Counted from the first letter of the stretch, positions 34,288 to 49,959 are shown. The stretch is DNA of 64,000 bases from an uncultured delta proteobacterium (GCA_963832165.1 CAWHTE010000007.1:352001-416000), one strand, 5' to 3'. The notes: generated by a model from the sequence alone, not told the origin. Numbers and translations: made by a program.

Positions 34288-35949
34288 GTGGACCGCAACC
34301 TGTTGCTCGCGTTCGCGCTTTCGTTCGTCGTGCTCTCGGTCTGGACGATGATGCAGCCGCCACGCCCCAAGCCGGAGACGGTGGCCGAGGCGCCCGCCGC
34401 CACCGAGGCGCCGGCCGCGCCCGCGCAGCGCTTCCCCGAGCTACCCGCACCCGAGGTCGCGCCCGCAGCGCCTGCCCCGCCTGCCGACGCACCGGCGGCC
34501 CCCGCGGAGTCGATCGCGATCGAGCGTCCGCTCTACCGCGCGGAGCTCTCGAACGAAGGCGCCTCGTTGCGCGATTGGGAGCTCTCGCAGTACCGCGACA
34601 GCCACGACGAGCCGATCCGGCTCGTCGACCGCGGCGATCGGCTCGCGACCGGCGCCACGCCGTTCGCGGAGCTCGCGCTCGGCGATCTGTCGCAGCAGAG
34701 GTGGCGCGTCGAGAGCCGGTCCGACACCGAAGTGCGTTTCGCGTGGGAAGCGCGCGGTGTTGCAGTGCGCAAGACCTACGCGTTCTCCGACGACGGCTAC
34801 GATTTCCGCCTACGCATAGATGTGTCGAACCGCAGTGCGGCGCCGATCGCGCCGATGTTCCTCGTCGAGTTGCCGCTCGTGGAGCGCGTGGGCAACGATT
34901 TCCGCGAGCTGAGCGCCAGCGCGCTCCACCTCGGATCGGTCGAGCACGTTGCGCTCGCGAGCCTCGGCAGCGCGGGCATGTTCGGCTGGCTCACGGGCAA
35001 GCAGGGCGGGGCGCCGGTCGAATTCGTCGGCGAGATCGACTGGGCCGGTGTGCAGACTCCCTACTTCCTCGCCGCGTTCTTTCCGGATCAGCCCGCGACC
35101 GCGCGCACGCGCGTCGTGACGCTGGAAGAGGGGAAGCACGGTGTCGTGCAGATCTACTTCGATCCCGTGACACTCGCGCCCGCGCAGAGCGCCACGCGCG
35201 AGTACCGCGCCTACTTCGGACCGAAGGAGATCGAGCGCCTCGAGGCGTTCGCTCCGGCGGCGGTGAGCTCGATCGATCTCGGCTGGTCGTTCGTCGAGCC
35301 CGTGACGCGCGCGTTCGGCTGGCTGCTCGCGGTGCTGCACTCGTTCGTGCCCAACTACGGCTGGGCGATCATCATTCTCACGATCCTCGTGCGTGTCGCG
35401 ATGGCGCCGCTCACGGTGAAGCAGATGCGCTCGATGGAGCGCATGCGACTGCTCCAGCCCAAGATCAAGGAGATCCAGGAGAAGTTCGCGGACGACCGCC
35501 CTAAGCAGTCCGAGGCGATGATGAGCCTCTACCGGCAGGAGAAGGTGAACCCGCTGGGCGGCTGCCTGCCGATGTTCCTGCAGCTGCCCGTGTTCATCGG
35601 GCTGTTCTACGCGCTGCGCAGCTCGATCCAGCTGCGCCAGGCGCCTTTCTTCGGCTGGATCGACGACCTCGCTGCGCCCGATCTCTTGTTCACGATCCCG
35701 GGCGCCGACTTCCCGGTGCGAGTGCTTCCGATCTTGATGGGCGCCTCGATGTTCGTCCAGCAGAAGATCACGCCGGTCCAGATGGATCCTGCACAGGCGC
35801 GCATGATGCTGATCATGATGCCCGGCATGATGACGGTGGTTTCCTACTCGTTTCCGTCGGGCTTGGTGCTCTACTGGATGATGAGTAATGTCCTCGCGAT
35901 CTCGCATCAGCTCTGGCTCGGTCGCCAGATGAAGCCCGCCGCGAGCTGA
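34288..35949 (+). CDS. yidC: membrane protein insertase
   Basis: NYGWAIIILT, NPLGGCLP, GLVLYW. Confidence 0.95.
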   Translation: MDRNLLLAFALSFVVLSVWTMMQPPRPKPETVAEAPAATEAPAAPAQRFPELPAPEVAPAAPAPPADAPAAPAESIAIERPLYRAELSNEGASLRDWELSQYRDSHDEPIRLVDRGDRLATGATPFAELALGDLSQQRWRVESRSDTEVRFAWEARGVAVRKTYAFSDDGYDFRLRIDVSNRSAAPIAPMFLVELPLVERVGNDFRELSASALHLGSVEHVALASLGSAGMFGWLTGKQGGAPVEFVGEIDWAGVQTPYFLAAFFPDQPATARTRVVTLEEGKHGVVQIYFDPVTLAPAQSATREYRAYFGPKEIERLEAFAPAAVSSIDLGWSFVEPVTRAFGWLLAVLHSFVPNYGWAIIILTILVRVAMAPLTVKQMRSMERMRLLQPKIKEIQEKFADDRPKQSEAMMSLYRQEKVNPLGGCLPMFLQLPVFIGLFYALRSSIQLRQAPFFGWIDDLAAPDLLFTIPGADFPVRVLPILMGASMFVQQKITPVQMDPAQARMMLIMMPGMMTVVSYSFPSGLVLYWMMSNVLAISHQLWLGRQMKPAAS

Positions 35950-35971
35950 CGAAGTCCGAGAGGAGTGTCCC

Positions 35972-36913
35972 GTGTACGACCCCAAGCAGGAGCCGCACGA
36001 GTTCGTCGCCGAGAATCGCGAGGCGGCGCTCGAGAAAGCGCGCTCGTTCTTTGGCCTCGCGGCTGACCAGCTCCTGGTATCGGAGCCCGCGCCCGGAGAG
36101 GTCTACGGGCTCTCGGGGCGCACCGTGGTCGTCGCGGTACCGCGCGATCGCAAGCCGCCGCAGCGCTCGGACCGCGGTGAAGGCGGCCGCGATCGGGATC
36201 GAGATCGAGGGCGTGGGGGTCGCGATCGCGACCGGGATCGGGGCCGCGGCGGACGCGACCGCGACGGACGCGGGGGCCGCGAGATGCGTGGGGGCTACGA
36301 GGGCCGCGAGATGCGCGGTGGCCACGAGGGCCGCGAGCGAGACCGCGGTCCGCGTGAGTTCGCGCCGGCCCCCCCAGTTTCGAACGAGCCTTCGATCGGC
36401 TCCGTCGAGGGCACGCTCGGTGAGATCGGCGAGTTCGTGAAGGGTGCGATCGAGCGGCTCGAGGTGGGCCCGTTCGCGATTCGCGAGAGCCAGGACGGGG
36501 CGAACACCGTCGTGGAGATCAAGGGCCCTGCGGCGGCGCTGCTCGCAGGGGGTGAAGCGCGCGGACTCGATGCGCTGCAGCTGCTCGCGAACCAGGTGCT
36601 GCTGCGCCGCGACGAGCAGGCGACGGGCCGCGTGGTGCTCGACGTGGAAGGCGGCTCGGATTCGCGCGAGGCGCATCTCGAGCGCCTGGCCGAGCGCGTG
36701 GTGAAGCGCGCGCTCGAGGGGGGACGCGCGATCGCGCTCGACCCCATGAACGGACGCGACCGCCGGACGATCCACATCAGCGTTCGCGAGTACGAGGACG
36801 TCGCCACGATGAGCATCGGCGAGGGTCGGTTCCGCCAGGTGGTCGTGGTGCCCAAGGGCGCTCCCGAGTACGAGGAAGCGCTGCGTCAGAGCCAGGCGAG
36901 CCCCAACGAGTAG
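35972..36913 (+). CDS. jag: Jag/EloR RNA-binding protein (Jag_N, KH-like, R3H)
   Basis: Position after yidC; LDALQLL KH remnant; R3H motif PMNGRDRRTIH. Confidence 0.85.
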   Translation: MYDPKQEPHEFVAENREAALEKARSFFGLAADQLLVSEPAPGEVYGLSGRTVVVAVPRDRKPPQRSDRGEGGRDRDRDRGRGGRDRDRDRGRGGRDRDGRGGREMRGGYEGREMRGGHEGRERDRGPREFAPAPPVSNEPSIGSVEGTLGEIGEFVKGAIERLEVGPFAIRESQDGANTVVEIKGPAAALLAGGEARGLDALQLLANQVLLRRDEQATGRVVLDVEGGSDSREAHLERLAERVVKRALEGGRAIALDPMNGRDRRTIHISVREYEDVATMSIGEGRFRQVVVVPKGAPEYEEALRQSQASPNE

Positions 36914-36988
36914 GGCGGATGTGATCCGCCTGTCCGGGTAGAGAGCCCGGGGGGTGCCTGCTCCCCCTCGTGCGTCGATGGCTGGACC

Positions 36989-37004
36989 TGTTCCACGTGG
37001 AACG
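36989..37004. promoter_or_regulatory. parS site 1
   Basis: tgttccacgtggaacg, with the palindromic parS core GTTCCACGTGGAAC. Confidence 0.9.
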
Positions 37005-37026
37005 GAATCCTCCGCCACCACTTCAG

Positions 37027-37042
37027 GGTTCCACGTGGAACA
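37027..37042. promoter_or_regulatory. parS site 2
   Basis: ggttccacgtggaaca; overlaps the probable GTG start of rsmG. Confidence 0.9.
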
Positions 37043-37673
37043 CACGAAAGACCTGCGCCGGGTGCTGGCAGAAGGGCTCGCGGAGCTCGGGCTCAGCGCC
37101 GACTCTGGCGCGCTGGATCGCTGGGAGAAGCTCGCGCGGCTCCTGGATCGGTGGAGTGAGCGGATCAATCTCACGGGTCACCGCGGAGCGATTGCGATCG
37201 CAGAGAGGTTGCTGCTCGAGTCCGCCGCGCTGGGCCAGGTGCTCCCGACGGCCGAGACGATCGCGGATCTAGGGTCGGGAGCCGGTATCCCGGGGCTACC
37301 ACTCGCGATTTCCCGCCCCGAATGCTCGGTTCGGCTCGTCGAATCGAGGGAGCGCCGCCATCATTTCCAACGCGCCGCGATCCGCGAGCTCGGCCTCGAC
37401 AACGCAGTCGCGCTACTCGGCCGGGCAGAAGAGATCGAGGTCCAGCCGAGTCAGGGAGTGGTCGCCCAGGCGATGGCTCATCCCGATCGGGCCCTGGGCT
37501 GGATGCGTCCCTGGGCGGGGCCCGGGGGCTGGCTCGCACTCGCGACCGTACCGGGCACCGAGCTCAGCCACCCGGATCTCCTGCCAGGACGGGCACTTCG
37601 CTACGCCGCGCCGCGCGGACCCGAGCGGTCGGTCTGGATCGCGTATTTGCGGCCACTCGATTCCAGCGCGTAA
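37035..37673 (+). CDS. rsmG: 16S rRNA m7G527 methyltransferase
   Basis: RINLT, DLGSGAGIPGLPLAI, LVES, RAEE; upstream of parA; start inferred. Confidence 0.88.
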   Translation: MEHTKDLRRVLAEGLAELGLSADSGALDRWEKLARLLDRWSERINLTGHRGAIAIAERLLLESAALGQVLPTAETIADLGSGAGIPGLPLAISRPECSVRLVESRERRHHFQRAAIRELGLDNAVALLGRAEEIEVQPSQGVVAQAMAHPDRALGWMRPWAGPGGWLALATVPGTELSHPDLLPGRALRYAAPRGPERSVWIAYLRPLDSSA

Positions 37674-37839
37674 CTCGTCGGAAATACGCTGGAAACTCGA
37701 GTTCCCGCGCACGGGCGCGAGCTCGTCGCTTGGATTCGCGCATCCACTTGTGTTATCAAGGGAAAAGAGACGCTATCCCCAGGGGGATCAAGCTGGGGTG
37801 ACTCTGGAGCCGAGCGCAGCGGGCGGGGGGTGAGTGGGG

Positions 37840-38670
37840 ATGACCCATCCGGGGCGGGTCTACGCCATCGTCAACCAGAAGGGCGGCGTCGGTAAGACGA
37901 CGACCGCCGTCAATCTGGCTGCGAGCCTCGCCGCGTCAGAGCGCTCCACGCTGCTGGTCGACTTCGATCCCCAGGCCAATGCGACGAGCGCATTCGGCCA
38001 GAGCGGCAGCCAGCCCCAGGTTTATGACGCTCTGAGCGGCGACTGCGTCATCAAGGCGATGACGCGCGCCACGGATCTGCGTTATCTGCATCTCGTGCCG
38101 TCGGGCCGCGACCTCTACGGCGCCGAGATCGAGCTGGTGTCCGCGATCAACCGCGAGCGCCGGCTCGAGCGCGCGCTGTCGGAGATCCGCGACGCGTACG
38201 AGATCGTGTTGATCGACTGCCCGCCCTCGCTCGGGCTCTTGACGCTCAACGCGCTGACTGCGGCCGACGCGGTGATCATCCCGCTGCAATGCGAGTACTA
38301 CGCGCTCGAAGGCCTCGCGGGCCTGCTCGAGACGATCGAGCTCGTGCGGCGCGAACTCAACCCGGGTCTCGCACTCGAGGGCGTCCTGCTCACGATGGCC
38401 GACGCGCGCAACAACCTGTCGCGCCAGGTCCAGGACGAGGTGCGCACGCACTTCGCAGCGCAGGCGTTCACGACGGTGATTCCGCGCAACGTGCGGCTGT
38501 CCGAGGCACCGAGCCACGCAATGCCCATCCTGCTCTACGACGTGCACTCGAAGGGCGCGATCGCCTATCTCGAGCTCGCCGCAGAGCTGATCCGCCGTCT
38601 TCCGCCGCCGCAGGTGCCGGTGGCGCCACCGTCGCCCGCATTCCCGGCGCCGTCAGGAGAATCGACATGA
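37840..38670 (+). CDS. parA: chromosome partitioning ATPase ParA/Soj
   Basis: NQKGGVGKTTT, DPQANAT, IDCPPSLG, PRNVRLSEAPS. Confidence 0.96.
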   Translation: MTHPGRVYAIVNQKGGVGKTTTAVNLAASLAASERSTLLVDFDPQANATSAFGQSGSQPQVYDALSGDCVIKAMTRATDLRYLHLVPSGRDLYGAEIELVSAINRERRLERALSEIRDAYEIVLIDCPPSLGLLTLNALTAADAVIIPLQCEYYALEGLAGLLETIELVRRELNPGLALEGVLLTMADARNNLSRQVQDEVRTHFAAQAFTTVIPRNVRLSEAPSHAMPILLYDVHSKGAIAYLELAAELIRRLPPPQVPVAPPSPAFPAPSGEST

Positions 38671-39542
38671 GCAATCCCCGCAACGCGCTCGGCCGCGGCA
38701 TCGGCGCACTGATTCCGGGCGCGCGTCCGGCCTCGCAAGCCCCGGCACCCGTCGAGCCGCGCGAGCGCGCGGGTGAGATCGCCGTCGCCGACATCGACCC
38801 GAACCCCGATCAGCCGCGCCGCACGTTCGAGCCCGGCGCGCTCGACGCGCTCGCCGAGTCGATCCGCGTGCACGGCGTGCTCCAGCCGGTCGTCGTGCGC
38901 CGCGCGGGCGACCGCTACGAGCTCGTCGTGGGCGAGCGGCGTTGGCGTGCGTCAAAACAGGCCGGCCTTGCGTCAATTCCCGCGGTCGTGCTCGAAATCG
39001 ACCCGCGCGACCGGCTCGAAGTCGCGCTGGTCGAGAATGTCCAGCGCCGCGACCTGAATCCGATCGAGCTCGCGGTCGCCTTCCGCGCGCTCGCCGACAC
39101 GGGGGCAACGCAAGAGGAAATCGGCCAACGCGTCGGCATGGACCGGTCCTCGATCGCGAACCATCTGCGCCTGCTCGAGCTCTCGCGCGAAATCCAGGCG
39201 GATGTCGAGGCGGGCCACGTCACGATCGGCCACGCGAAGGCGCTGCTCTCGCTCTCGAACCCGGAGCGCCGCCGCCACCTGCGCGATCGGATCGTCGCCG
39301 AGCAGCTCTCGGTGCGCGCCGCGGAGGAGATCGCTCGCCCGACGCCGCGCCCCGCGGCCGATCCCGAGCGGTCGCGCGGGCGCCAGGATCCGCACCTGCA
39401 GGGCGTCGCGGACGCGCTGCGCCAGCGCTTCCAGACGCGTGTGCGCGTCAAAGGCGGTGCCGAGCGCGGGCGCATCGAGATCGAGTACTTCGGCGCCGAG
39501 GATTTCGATCGCATCACCGGCGTGCTGCTCGGCGATGTCTGA
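38667..39542 (+). CDS. parB: chromosome partitioning protein ParB
   Basis: LGRGI, NPDQPR, GERRWRA, ENVQR, HTH SIANHLRLL. Confidence 0.96.
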   Translation: MSNPRNALGRGIGALIPGARPASQAPAPVEPRERAGEIAVADIDPNPDQPRRTFEPGALDALAESIRVHGVLQPVVVRRAGDRYELVVGERRWRASKQAGLASIPAVVLEIDPRDRLEVALVENVQRRDLNPIELAVAFRALADTGATQEEIGQRVGMDRSSIANHLRLLELSREIQADVEAGHVTIGHAKALLSLSNPERRRHLRDRIVAEQLSVRAAEEIARPTPRPAADPERSRGRQDPHLQGVADALRQRFQTRVRVKGGAERGRIEIEYFGAEDFDRITGVLLGDV

Positions 39543-39930
39543 GCCGGAGCTCGACGTCGCGCTCGGCCCCGACATGGACTTCGAGGGCCTGCTCGTGCTG
39601 CCGAAGCCGGCCCGGATCGACGGGCGCGTCCACGGAACCGTGATGGCCGGGTCGTCGGTGTGGGTCGGTGCTACCGGGATCGTCGAGGCGGACCTCGAGG
39701 CCGACGTGATCGTGGTCGAGGGCACCGTGCTCGGTGATATCCGCGCGCGCACCTCGATCGACCTGGGACCCGACGCGATCGTGAGCGGCGACATGACAGG
39801 GCCGCGCATGACCGTGGCCGAGGGCGCGACAGTGAACGGCCTCTGCCGCTGCGGAAACCCCGGGGTCGACGACGGCGTAACTCGCGTCGAGCTCGACCGC
39901 CGGCCCGCGACGACGGCGTCGGCGTCTTGA
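39535..39930 (+). CDS. bactofilin (polymer-forming cytoskeletal protein)
   Basis: FEG..RIDG, V.G.I beta-helix repeats, VAEGATVNG; typical position after parB. Confidence 0.85.
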   Translation: MSEPELDVALGPDMDFEGLLVLPKPARIDGRVHGTVMAGSSVWVGATGIVEADLEADVIVVEGTVLGDIRARTSIDLGPDAIVSGDMTGPRMTVAEGATVNGLCRCGNPGVDDGVTRVELDRRPATTASAS

Positions 39931-40096
39931 AGTTCGTCGCGGCTATGTAAGAATTCCGCCGCCCAAAGACCGGCGGTCTCCGCCGGTTCTCGTGTTTTAT
40001 AGCCCCACTTTCTCATCCACCACCTCATCGGGAAGCGGTGAAGCGGGCGCGGCCCTCGCGGCGCCTCCGTCGCCCATCGTGGGGGATCCCCGTTCC

Positions 40097-40645
40097 ATGA
40101 AGCGACTGCAAACGCCGCGAAGCGCCGAGGGCCGTCTGTCGATGCCGCACGCCGCTATCTGGATGGGCGCGCTGCTGCTCCTGCCCTCGCTCGCGGCCGC
40201 GTCCGAGGGCGGGCTCGTACTCGTGCCCGACCCGACCGTGATGCTCACGCTGATCGCGTTCTTCGTGCTGCTGATCGCGCCCGCGAACGCATTCGTGTTC
40301 AAGCCGCTCCTGCGCGTGCTCGACGAGCGCGAGGCGCGCACCGCAGGCACGCGCACCAAGGCGGAGCGGCTCGAGCAGGAGGCCGCGGCGATCCTGGCGC
40401 GTTACGAAGAGGCGGTGCGCGAAGCGCGCGAAGAGGGCGAGCGCGGGCGCCGCGCGCTGCTCACCGAGGTGCGCAGCGAGACGCAGCGCGAGATCGCGTC
40501 GGCGCGGCGCGCTGCCGAAGAGCGGCTCGAGAGCGCGCGCGCCGAGCTCGACGCATCGCTCGAGTCCGCGCGCGGCGCGCTGCGCGGCCAGGCGCAGGAG
40601 CTCGCGCGTCAGGCCGCATCACAGGTGCTCGGGAGGGCGCTGTGA
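40097..40645 (+). CDS. atpF: ATP synthase F0 subunit b' (start could be 40142)
   Basis: TM helix followed by FVFKPLLRVLDERE and a charged coiled coil. Confidence 0.85.
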   Translation: MKRLQTPRSAEGRLSMPHAAIWMGALLLLPSLAAASEGGLVLVPDPTVMLTLIAFFVLLIAPANAFVFKPLLRVLDEREARTAGTRTKAERLEQEAAAILARYEEAVREAREEGERGRRALLTEVRSETQREIASARRAAEERLESARAELDASLESARGALRGQAQELARQAASQVLGRAL

Positions 40646-41204
40646 TACGCGCTGCGATCTGGACGGTGCTGGCGATGATGGCTTCGGCGGCCCCCGCGAG
40701 CGCGGCCGACGAGGGGGGCCTGCTCTACCCCACGATCAACTTCGTCCTGCTGATCGCGGTGCTCATCTACTTCGCGCGCAAGCCGATCCAGGCCTTCTTC
40801 AGCGACCGCCGCACGGCGATCCGCAAGGACCTCGACGAGGCCGCCGCGATGAAGCGCCAGGCCGAAGAGCGCTATGCGCAGTGGCAGCGGAAGCTCGTGG
40901 ATCTCGAGCGCGAGCTCGCGGAGATCCGCGCCGGTTCGCAGGAGCGCGCCGAGGCCGAGCGCGCGAGCCTGCTCGAGGACGCGCGCGCCGCGGCCGAGCG
41001 GATCCGGTCCGATGCGGCGACGGCGGTCGAGCACGAGCTCCGCCGCGCGCGCACGCGGCTGCGTGAGGAGGCCTCGCAGCTCGCGATCGAGCTCGCGGCC
41101 GGGATCCTGGGCGAGCAGGTCACCGCGCAGGACCGCAACCGCCTGATCGACGAGTTCATCGAGCGCGTGGCGACGCGCGCCGCGAGCCGAGGCGAGCGAA
41201 GTAG
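40642..41204 (+). CDS. atpF: ATP synthase F0 subunit b (as assembled it reads through into atpH)
   Basis: INFVLLIAVLIYFARKPI...DRR; TAG at 41202-41204 is in frame only if one base is restored in the repeat copy. Confidence 0.8.
41177..41201 (+). repeat. degenerate core of the dispersed repeat at the atpF/atpH junction
   Basis: gcgccgcgagccga-ggcgagcgaag versus core gcgcagcgagccgaaggcgagcgaag (1 substitution, 1 deletion). Confidence 0.75.
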
Positions 41205-41217
41205 GAGGCGGAGTGCG

Positions 41218-41762
41218 ATGCGAAGCTCTGCCGCAGCCCGCCGCTATGCGCGAGCGTTGTTCATGCTCGCCGACGAGACGGGCGCAGTCGCGAAGATCCG
41301 CGCCGAGCTCGCCCAGATCTCCGGGTTGTTCGAGTCCGAGCCGCAGCTGCGCAATGCGTTGTTCCGGCCGCTGCATCCGGTGGCCGAGCGGCGCGCGGTG
41401 CTGCGCTCGCTGTGCGAGCGCCTCTCGCTCGAGACCACCCTGCGCAACTTCTTCGCGTACGCGATCGATCAGCGGCGCCTGGTCGACTTCGAAGCGATCC
41501 GCGCCGAGTTCGAGCGACTCGCCGATACGGCTGCGGGGCTCGTCAAGGCGCGCGTCACCGCCGCGGCGCCGCTCGACGACGCCCAGCGCCAGCGGCTCCA
41601 GAGCGCGCTCGCCGCGCGCACGGGCCAGCGCGTCGAGCTCGACGTCTCGGTCGATCCCTCACTGATCGCCGGCGCGGTAGCCGCGGTCGGCAACGTCGTG
41701 TTCGACGGCAGTCTTCGCACGCAGCTCTCCCAGCTGCGCGACACCCTCTCGAGAGGAAACTG

Positions 41763-41763
<1 letters not shown>
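41218..41763 (+). CDS. atpH: ATP synthase F1 subunit delta
   Basis: [25 protein letters not shown]; own ribosome-binding site aggagg at 41203-41208. Confidence 0.9.
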
Positions 41764-43310
<1,547 letters not shown>

Positions 43311-43311
43311 C

Positions 43312-45718
<2,407 letters not shown>

Positions 45719-45719
<1 letters not shown>

Positions 45720-46123
45720 TGCCGATCGATCTCACGATCGTGACGCCGTCGGGGCCCGCCTATCGCGGCGACGTCGACTCGGTGGTCCTGCCCGGCAGCG
45801 AGGGCGACTTCGGCGTGCTGCCCGGGCACGAGCGCTTCCTGACCGCGCTGCGCCCGGGCGAGATCCAGATCAAGACGGGCAACCAGACGATCTACGCCGC
45901 GTCGTCGCCGGGCTTCGCGGACGTCTCGGGCGAGCAGGTGACCGTGCTCGTCGACGCGTGCGAGCTCGCGGCCGACATCGATCCGGCGCGCGCCGAGCAG
46001 GCGCGCCAGCGCGCGGAGCAGGACCTGGCCGGATCCGGCAGCTCCGACCCCGCGCGCGCCGCGGAGCTCCAGGCGGCGCTCGAACGCGCGAACAATCGCA
46101 TCGCGGTGAGCCAGCGGAAGTAG
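45719..46123 (+). CDS. atpC: ATP synthase F1 subunit epsilon
   Basis: IVTP, GDFGVLPGH, C-terminal helical hairpin. Confidence 0.95.
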
Positions 46124-46157
46124 GCCCCGGGCCGCGGGCGTGCGATGCTGGGCGAGC

Positions 46158-47441
46158 ATGCATTCCGCGCCCCAACCCCTCCCCGAGCGATCCGGCGCGT
46201 TCGGCGGCTTCATCGGCCCGCGCACGCTCGTGTCGCTGGTCGAGAGTGCGTTGCCGTGGCTGCTCGCGCCCGCGTTCGCGCAGCGCGCGGGAGTCGCGGC
46301 GCCGAGCGGGGATGGGTCGCTGCACGAGCTCGCCGCGGGTCCGCTCGGCTGGTGGCGCGTGCTGCGCGCAGTGCAAGGAGGCCGACAGAGTCGGCCGACG
46401 CGCAGCGAGCCGGAGGCGAGCGAAGGCGCGCCCCTGCAAGATTGGCTCGCACCGAGCGAAGTGCCCACCCCGGAGCAGCGCACCGACTACTTCGCGCTCT
46501 GCTTGGCCGCGCACTTCGCGAGCGCGGCGAGCTTCGTGCCCACCGACGTCGATACCAAGATCCGCCGCGCGCTCTGGCGCGAGGCCGTGGGCACGCCCGA
46601 GCTCGCGCGCATGCGCGCGCTCGCGCTCGGGCTGTCGGCGTGGGACGTCTCGGCGGTGTCGGCGCGCCAGGTGCAGACTCCCGAGGGCGTCGTCTCGGGC
46701 CACGATGGCGAGCGGCTCTCGGTGCTATGCGGCGGGCTCATCGCATCGCTGCGTGCGCAAGAGAGCGAGGGCGCGGCCGAGCTCGAGGCCGCGATCGAGG
46801 ACGAGCTCGCGCGCGAGGCGCGCGCGTTCGCGGAGCTCGAGCGTGCGCGGGGGTCCGAGCTCGATCTGGTGCGGCTCGCCGGCGTGCTCACGCACAACGC
46901 GGGCGACGTGATGCAGGGTCTCGCGGGCGCGGGAAAGGCGAGCCTGCTCGTGGAGCGCTTCGGCGACCTCGCGCGCACGGGTGTCTCGCGCTACGGCGGG
47001 GCGTTCGGGCGCGCGGCCGCTCTCTACCGCGCGCTGCTCGCGAGCGAGGGCCACCGCAACTACCCGCTGCGCGGGCCGCGCGCGCTCCGGCGCGTTCCCG
47101 AGCTGTTGCTGCCGATCGCGCCGCTGCTCGACGACTGGGGCGAGCGGATCGCGCGCGTGCGCGAGCTCACCGCGCGCGAGCGCGCCGAGATCGTGGAGGC
47201 GCTCGCGCTGGGCTGCACGAAGCTTCCGGGCCAGCAGGGCTACTACCGCGCGCTCGCGGGCTACGCGCGCGCGAGCGCGCGCGGGCTCGAGGCGCCCGAG
47301 ATCGCCGAGCACGTCGCGGCGTCGACGCGCCGCCTGCTGCGCGCGAGCGACCTGCGCCAGAAGATCGCCGTGCCGCGCGCGTCGTTCGAGTCGCAGCTCG
47401 CCAAGCGCGCGCGCTCTCTCCTCGCTACGCGGACTTCTTGA
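46158..47441 (+). CDS. hypothetical protein with an in-frame repeat insertion
   Basis: Long ORF with host-like codon usage; motif-like segments FVPTDVDTKIR, SGHDGE, HNAGD, EGHRNYPLR; family not recognised. Confidence 0.7.
   Translation: MHSAPQPLPERSGAFGGFIGPRTLVSLVESALPWLLAPAFAQRAGVAAPSGDGSLHELAAGPLGWWRVLRAVQGGRQSRPTRSEPEASEGAPLQDWLAPSEVPTPEQRTDYFALCLAAHFASAASFVPTDVDTKIRRALWREAVGTPELARMRALALGLSAWDVSAVSARQVQTPEGVVSGHDGERLSVLCGGLIASLRAQESEGAAELEAAIEDELAREARAFAELERARGSELDLVRLAGVLTHNAGDVMQGLAGAGKASLLVERFGDLARTGVSRYGGAFGRAAALYRALLASEGHRNYPLRGPRALRRVPELLLPIAPLLDDWGERIARVRELTARERAEIVEALALGCTKLPGQQGYYRALAGYARASARGLEAPEIAEHVAASTRRLLRASDLRQKIAVPRASFESQLAKRARSLLATRTS
46373..46438 (+). repeat. dispersed repeat subtype B, in frame
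   Basis: gcaaggaggccgacagagtcggccgacgcgcagcgagccggaggcgagcgaaggcgcgcccctgca. Confidence 0.9.
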
Positions 47442-47991
47442 CGCGCGACGCCTTGAGCCGCGCCTTGCCGTCCTCGATCTGGACGCGGAACGAGAACTCG
47501 GCCGATTCGCCGAACTTGGTGCGCAGCGCGTCGCGCTGCTCGGCGATGATCGACTCGAGCTTCTCGCGCGTGAGGCCGCTCACGCTCTCGCCGCACGTGC
47601 GCCGCGCGTCGACGTAGCTCTGGTAGAGATCGCCGGGGGTGGGCGCTGACACGGGAGGCACGGCCGCCGACTCGCCGGGCGCTTGCTGCTCGTGCAGCCG
47701 GGCCTTGAAGCGGTGCCGCTCGTAGGTACCCGCCTCGATCTTGCGCAACGTCTCGTCCCATTGGCGGCGGTACGCCTGGTAGCGCGAGCAGATGCTCGTG
47801 AACTTGAAGCGCGCCCCGGTGTTCTTGATCGCGGTGCTCGTGAGCTCGATCACGGCCTTGTTGATCTCGCTGCGCAGCTGCACCGGCTCGCGCGGTCGGT
47901 TGCCGAGGAAGTACTGGTCGTAGTCGCGTTTGAGCTGCGCGAGCTTGAACTCGAGCATGCGCAGATCGTCGTCGATCGCCTCGGTGGACAC
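47425..47991 (-). CDS. MXAN_5187 C-terminal domain-like protein
   Basis: LKRDYDQYFLG, RPREP, RFKF, LYQSYVDARR, FRVQIEDGKARLKA. Confidence 0.65.
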   Translation of the reverse strand: MSTEAIDDDLRMLEFKLAQLKRDYDQYFLGNRPREPVQLRSEINKAVIELTSTAIKNTGARFKFTSICSRYQAYRRQWDETLRKIEAGTYERHRFKARLHEQQAPGESAAVPPVSAPTPGDLYQSYVDARRTCGESVSGLTREKLESIIAEQRDALRTKFGESAEFSFRVQIEDGKARLKASRVKKSA

Positions 47992-48015
47992 GCGCGGCTC
48001 TCCCCGGCCATCCCG

Positions 48016-49955
<1,940 letters not shown>

Positions 49956-49959
49956 CGTG

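Noticed and set aside
40108..40130. gcaaacgccgcgaagcgccgag resembling the 5' module of subtype C
   Set aside because: The hairpin is incomplete and the core is absent; it may be a relic but cannot be supported.
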